In this document: positions 60,501 through 64,000 of the stretch, in pieces
How positions within the stretch are numbered: position 1 is the stretch's first letter
How the letters are laid out: each line of letters begins with the position of its first letter
Assembly: GCA_002427605.1 (NCBI GenBank)
Contig: DIRT01000023.1
Span: 2,936-66,935 of the forward strand
Direction of reading: 5' to 3'
Length of the DNA: 64,000 nucleotides
DNA from: Bacteroidales bacterium UBA5429
GTDB lineage: Bacteria; Bacteroidota; Bacteroidia; Bacteroidales; WCHB1-69
Notes under the pieces: model-generated
Seen by the model: the letters and a program-made list of their open reading frames with translations, nothing else
Told to the model about the DNA's origin: nothing
Databases searched by the model: none
Made by a program: the position numbers and the translations under genes

Positions 60501-61486
60501 TCAATCCGATGGGAATAACCGGGATTATTGGTTATCGTGAAACCTGCAATCAACATAATGGAGCAATTGAAATTACATTCTCAGGAGGAACTGCACCATA
60601 CGAATACCAATGGAATAGTGGCAGTGGTTCTTCCGGCAACAATATCACCCAATTAGCCAGTGGCTACTATTTCGTTACTGTAACGGATCAACATGGTTGT
60701 ACTGACACCACCTCTGTCGAAATTGGTGGTGTAGATTTTACTGCTTCAGTTCTGGAAGTCACTCCTTCATACTGTGAGCGAAACGACGGTACTGTTACGC
60801 TATCCCTAACGGGAGATATTGAAAATCCTCATATTGATTGGGGACCTGTTTTGCATCATGACCACTTGTATGCTAATCAGCTTTCCGGTGGAAGTTACAC
60901 GGTATATGTAGAAGATTATGGTTGTGTGGACACAGTCACCTTTGAAATCGAAGAGACCCCCAGGCCTGTTGCCTGTTTTGAGCACGAACCCAATAACGAG
61001 CTTATGGTCAACCAACTGATCTATTTTTTAAACTGTTCTACAGATGGTGAGTCTTACGAGTGGAAATTTGGTGATGGTTCAAGTTACATCGGATATGATG
61101 CCCAACATCGATACCTGGGTACGGGAATCTACAAGGTTACCCTTATCACAACCAATCAATATGCCTGTATTGATTCCTCGAGTGTAAATATTCTCATTTC
61201 AGGAGAAATTACAGTATTTATACCGAACTCCTTTACACCCAATCATGATGGAGTTAATGACGTTTTTATTCCTATTTTCTCCTCTGTGAGTGAAACTGGG
61301 TATCAGTTGAGTATTTTTAATCGTTGGGGTGAGATTATTTTCCAAAACACCAATCCTTCAGATGGATGGGATGGGACTCATCAGAATAAAGCAGTCCCCA
61401 GCGGAACATATAGCTATCTCCTTTACTTCCAGAATGATAATGGGAAGGGATTCAAGCGTACCGGTTCAATAAACCTGATCAGATAA
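57563..61486 (+). CDS. Giant secreted adhesin-like protein: novel N-terminal domain, CUB-like domain, Cys-rich module, Ig/SprB-type repeats, PKD-like domain, T9SS type B sorting domain
   Basis: Signal peptide MRQLTLFLFILFNFSFING. The CUB-like segment reads CDLLYSDPGGMDNY..LADGDTLWIYNG..KFKSDNSIESAGW. SprB-type repeats read SCFGGNDGSATVSGYGGIPPYQYQWS. The C-terminus reads IPNSFTPNHDGVNDVF..FNRWGEIIF..DGWDGT. Confidence 0.8.
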   Translation: MRQLTLFLFILFNFSFINGQVVTIGSGNNTNTSIPGVLSQNYSYSQQIYTASELDGAAPICGISLFKSSSGIIYRYITIYLGHTEQSEFSSNNSWVPAGELTVVFSGIVKFLPNTWSYISFDTPFQYDGVDNLVIAFDDNTQIKEAAQTFKTFSTPNGSIYKSSDISNPDPASPLVGTRVHARNQIKIHKCTPTPMSNSPIHTCDLLYSDPGGMDNYSPNQNFTQVITSSSPNSRLEVRFLDFNLADGDTLWIYNGNSTNAPLVGIFGVYVNPFSFTSSGGSLTFKFKSDNSIESAGWLAQIECRSCTPVATTTGSPCQPDPNSITGYAAKPFCTDENPMGISYPSGISGSTESYITAPGCLGSTPAPAWYFMRINTPGDLLIYISQTSIASGAGIDVDFACWGPFYADNQNDFMQRWCCGEYDLYDGSASTHRPPNGVHTNDMGGYPISNLVDCSYHIESTEWAFIPNAQEGQYYILLITNYRRHPGIIDFNTVSEYTTATTDCSVLASITGSGHICEGESIYLNSNNNQPDITHSWSGPNGFTSTYPNPIIPGATSANSGTYYLTVTNQAGNSSTDSTQVFVHPIPSVTLNSSALSICSGESVTLTADGANSYSWSHDLGPGSQHTTIPPNNTNYIVIGNSYGCIDTAQITITVNPSPQVQIQEPMGEMCPNSATISINSISFGGSPGYSYSWSGVGIVNQNSSTTQFTPNITHCDAEIPVTLEVTDQNLCTGRDSISINVSDIINPQFTTLPFPFQYATGTFPNYTMPDLTDLVRNNSSDNCWDINQLNISQSIAAGTILNENCYVQVTVTDPCGNSSTASVRIIIPFYVQMTDSTQVSCFGGNDGSATVSGYGGIPPYQYQWSNSASPGGTVNSSLQAGNYQVTVTDSLGVSLSAYVTITQPNLLSVNYTTTDTYCERNNGKFEVIPAGGTPPYQYSWSNGENSAQVLNLEAGFYSCTITDIHGCTTSLHDTIHKLNPMGITGIIGYRETCNQHNGAIEITFSGGTAPYEYQWNSGSGSSGNNITQLASGYYFVTVTDQHGCTDTTSVEIGGVDFTASVLEVTPSYCERNDGTVTLSLTGDIENPHIDWGPVLHHDHLYANQLSGGSYTVYVEDYGCVDTVTFEIEETPRPVACFEHEPNNELMVNQLIYFLNCSTDGESYEWKFGDGSSYIGYDAQHRYLGTGIYKVTLITTNQYACIDSSSVNILISGEITVFIPNSFTPNHDGVNDVFIPIFSSVSETGYQLSIFNRWGEIIFQNTNPSDGWDGTHQNKAVPSGTYSYLLYFQNDNGKGFKRTGSINLIR

Positions 61487-61527
61487 AAAGGCATTTGGAC
61501 TCTACTCTTAATGAGAAGGAGTTCTTT

Positions 61528-62862
61528 CTAATATTTCAGCCATTTAAACAACTCACGATACGTAACTTTCTTTCCGTACATCAGAACACCAACGCGATAA
61601 ATCTTAGCTGCAAACCAAACGCAGAGGATAAAGAAAGCCACAGCAATAGCCATGGATGCAAAGAGTTGACCCGCCGGTACTCCGGAAGGCAAACGAATCA
61701 TCATAGCAATTGGTGAGGTCAATGGAATCATAGAAAACCAGAATGCAATCGATCCATTGGGATCCTCAGTAATGGGCACTATAAGTACCATTGCAAGAAT
61801 AAGCGGAATAGTCACCGGCATCGTAAACTGCTGTGAATCAGCCTCATTATCCACCGCAGAACCCACTGCAGCAAAGAGTGCTGCATAAATCAGGTATCCT
61901 ATCAAAAAATAGAAAAGGAAACAGAGTAAGAGTGCGGTAAAAGAGATATTGAAATAGTTATCAATCTTCGTAAAAATAGAGGTTTGTGCTGTTGGTGCAC
62001 TATCAACATCTGCCATGGGTGCTTGTACTCCATCGGGTAAAGTAGCCGCTTGTTCTGCCACCTCGGGAGTTACCTCAAAAAGTGTAGGAGCAGAAAGTTG
62101 AACTCCATATATAATTGCAAATGTTAATACAACCCATATCAAAAACTGTGTTAACCCAACCATTGCTATTCCAACAATCTTACCCATCATCAATTGAATC
62201 GGTTTTACCGATGAGATCAACACTTCTACAATTCGGTTTGTTTTTTCCTCCAGTACCCCCCTCAAAACTTGAGAAGCAAAGAGAAAAATAAAGAAATAGA
62301 TTGCCATACCACTGAACACACCCACTACACGTACCAAATCGGCATTGCTCTCCTTTTCATTGCCTGCAGCATCAATCTTTATATTGGAAACCGAACTTTT
62401 AGTCAGGCTCTTCATCTTCTCATAATTCACCGGATCTATCTGAAAACTATCGATCAACACCCGATCAAAGAGCAGTTTATCTATCTGACTCTCAATCACA
62501 GAGCTAAAATTCATCGAGGGCTCCTCTTTAAAGAAAAGATTGGTTTTAATTGCCTGGGTTCCTTCTAAAATGTGCAAAACGGCATCATACCCTGCATCAA
62601 ATGACTCCGACTTAATCAGTTCCACATCTCCGCTACGATAGACAAACTTTGTTTTATCCGTATCAGTAAATTTATTGATAAAAAAATCATTATCATCCAC
62701 TACTACCACTTTCATCACCTTTTGAGTCTGTTGAGCTACAATCACGGGAACCACAAAAAGGGCAGCCATTAGAATTGGCCCAATTATCGTCATAATAATA
62801 AAGCTTTTCTTCTTAACCCGTGTCAGATACTCTCGTGAAATAATCAGTTTAATCTTATTCAT
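61528..62862 (-). CDS. ABC-2 type transporter permease (NatB/YhaP-like)
   Basis: N-terminal TM helix, a large extracytoplasmic loop, then 5 C-terminal TM helices. The start shares one nt with the stop of the ATPase gene. Confidence 0.75.
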   Translation of the reverse strand: MNKIKLIISREYLTRVKKKSFIIMTIIGPILMAALFVVPVIVAQQTQKVMKVVVVDDNDFFINKFTDTDKTKFVYRSGDVELIKSESFDAGYDAVLHILEGTQAIKTNLFFKEEPSMNFSSVIESQIDKLLFDRVLIDSFQIDPVNYEKMKSLTKSSVSNIKIDAAGNEKESNADLVRVVGVFSGMAIYFFIFLFASQVLRGVLEEKTNRIVEVLISSVKPIQLMMGKIVGIAMVGLTQFLIWVVLTFAIIYGVQLSAPTLFEVTPEVAEQAATLPDGVQAPMADVDSAPTAQTSIFTKIDNYFNISFTALLLCFLFYFLIGYLIYAALFAAVGSAVDNEADSQQFTMPVTIPLILAMVLIVPITEDPNGSIAFWFSMIPLTSPIAMMIRLPSGVPAGQLFASMAIAVAFFILCVWFAAKIYRVGVLMYGKKVTYRELFKWLKY

Positions 62863-63863
62863 TACTTTGTAGCGTTAACCTGTTTGATAAAAATAGAATT
62901 CATAGAAGGTAATATCTCTTCGAATGAAACAATAGTTCCAAGAGGGAGCAGAGTGTTTAATAGCGTATTACCGTTTACACCTTCATTCATTTGAAATTTA
63001 AGCGTCAAACCCAATGGAGAAAGACGACTCTCTTTTAACGTAAAGAGGTCATTGTCTTTTAAATTTGAAAGTAATTCTTCGCCTGTATCAATAGTAACCT
63101 CAAAAAGATGCTCCTTAAATTGCTGTTTGATGTCGTGAAGATTTCCCTCCAGAACCTTTTTGGATTTATTAATTAAAACAATATCATCGCAAATCTCCTC
63201 TACCGATTCCATGTTGTGTGTTGAAAGAATGATGGTTGTTCCCTCTTCTTTTAATCTCAAAATCTCCGTTTTAATGATATTGGTGTTAATCGGGTCAAAT
63301 CCGCTAAATGGCTCATCCAGGATCAAAAAATCGGGTTGATGTATAATTGTAGTGATAAACTGAACTTTCTGCTGCATCCCTTTGGAAAGCTCCTCTACTT
63401 TTTTATCCCACCATCCTACAATTTCAAACTTTCTGAACCAGTAGACCAAACGTTCCAAAGCAATCTGTTTGCTAACTCCCTTAAGTTGAGCCAGATACAA
63501 AGCCTGCTCCCCTACTTTCATCTTTTTGTAGAGTCCACGCTCTTCCGGAAGATATCCAATCCGCTCCACATCATCTTTTTGAATGGGACGTCCATCAAAG
63601 AATATCGTTCCATTATCCGGAGCTGTGATCTGATTGATCATACGAATAAGCGTCGTTTTTCCTGCACCATTGGGTCCCAGAAGTCCAAAAATAGTTCCTC
63701 TCGATACCGAAAAAGAAACTTCATCAATAGCTAAATGGTTTGCGTATCGTTTAGTAACACCTTGAACCTCAATAATGGGATTTGTGTTTCTAGTAGTTTC
63801 TTGGGCTCGTTCCATTTCTTCTTCTATATTTTTTCTTTCTTTGTCTTCCTGAGGTAGAGGCAT
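62862..63863 (-). CDS. ABC transporter ATP-binding protein (NatA-like)
   Basis: Walker A GPNGAGKTT, signature LSKGMQQK and Walker B LILDEP are present. The start is uncertain: 63863 or the MERAQ Met at 63815. Confidence 0.85.
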   Translation of the reverse strand: MPLPQEDKERKNIEEEMERAQETTRNTNPIIEVQGVTKRYANHLAIDEVSFSVSRGTIFGLLGPNGAGKTTLIRMINQITAPDNGTIFFDGRPIQKDDVERIGYLPEERGLYKKMKVGEQALYLAQLKGVSKQIALERLVYWFRKFEIVGWWDKKVEELSKGMQQKVQFITTIIHQPDFLILDEPFSGFDPINTNIIKTEILRLKEEGTTIILSTHNMESVEEICDDIVLINKSKKVLEGNLHDIKQQFKEHLFEVTIDTGEELLSNLKDNDLFTLKESRLSPLGLTLKFQMNEGVNGNTLLNTLLPLGTIVSFEEILPSMNSIFIKQVNATK

Positions 63864-64000
63864 GTCCTCTTGGACTATAATTAACCGATTTCATTAAATT
63901 ATGTGTACTTTCCAATACTGTATCTGAAGGAAGATCAATTTTTCCTTCGGAAAGCTCTCTTAAATGATCAATCAATACGTGGTCTTTCACAGAGGACTTA
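63790..64000 (-). CDS. 3' end of an unidentified gene running in from beyond the window end
   Basis: The minus-strand frame is open from the window edge (..VKDHVLIDHLRELSEGKIDLPSDTVLESTHNLMKSV..). The basic tail overlaps the ABC ATPase start region, so the true end and the reality of the gene are uncertain. Confidence 0.3.
   Translation of the reverse strand, partial: KSSVKDHVLIDHLRELSEGKIDLPSDTVLESTHNLMKSVNYSPRGHASTSGRQRKKKYRRRNGTSPRNY

Noticed and set aside
53406-61486. Diversity-generating retroelement acting on the adhesin paralogs
   Set aside because: No reverse transcriptase ORF or template repeat is present in the window. Differences between the copies are spread over the whole length and are not confined to a short variable region or to adenine-templated positions, as far as I can see by eye.
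63790-63990. The 66-aa ORF at the window end as a complete small gene
   Set aside because: The frame is open to the window edge, so the Met is not necessarily the start. Its basic tail is the out-of-frame read of the ABC ATPase start region. It is kept only as a low-confidence partial CDS.

Overview
This is an AT-rich chromosomal segment that looks like Bacteroidota. It carries T9SS parts (SprA, PorT-like), T9SS type A and type B C-terminal sorting domains, a GWxTD protein, and TAnnTTTG-type -7 promoter boxes with short leaders lacking a Shine-Dalgarno sequence. FprA, FeoAB and HemW suggest an anaerobic or microaerophilic lifestyle. Most of the window is housekeeping: murB, anmK, mnmE, hemW, tRNA-Glu, ccsBA, dnaK, thpR, ruvA-sprA-ABC-F, rsmI, glyQS, ppa and feoAB. 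All calls come from reading the ORF track and the DNA by eye; no database search was run.

The non-core content is:
1. A tight two-gene cassette of a DUF488 fusion protein and an uncharacterised partner ORF broken by one in-frame TAA. A decayed second copy of the partner's tail lies about 11 kb away, inside an inverted-repeat-bounded mosaic.
2. A tripartite hipB/hipS/hipT-like kinase toxin module with nested palindromes upstream.
3. A tandem ~4 kb duplication of giant T9SS type-B-CTD adhesin genes, the first copy carrying two in-frame stop codons.
4. A hemerythrin/RIC-like protein translationally coupled to a pseudo-receiver LuxR regulator next to feoAB.
5. Two intergenic repeat families that no gene explains: a ~90-bp G-run/C-run element in 4 copies, always just downstream of a same-strand gene, and heptamer tandem arrays (ATTTCGG, GGTAGAA/GGCGGAA and variants) that often start at stop codons.
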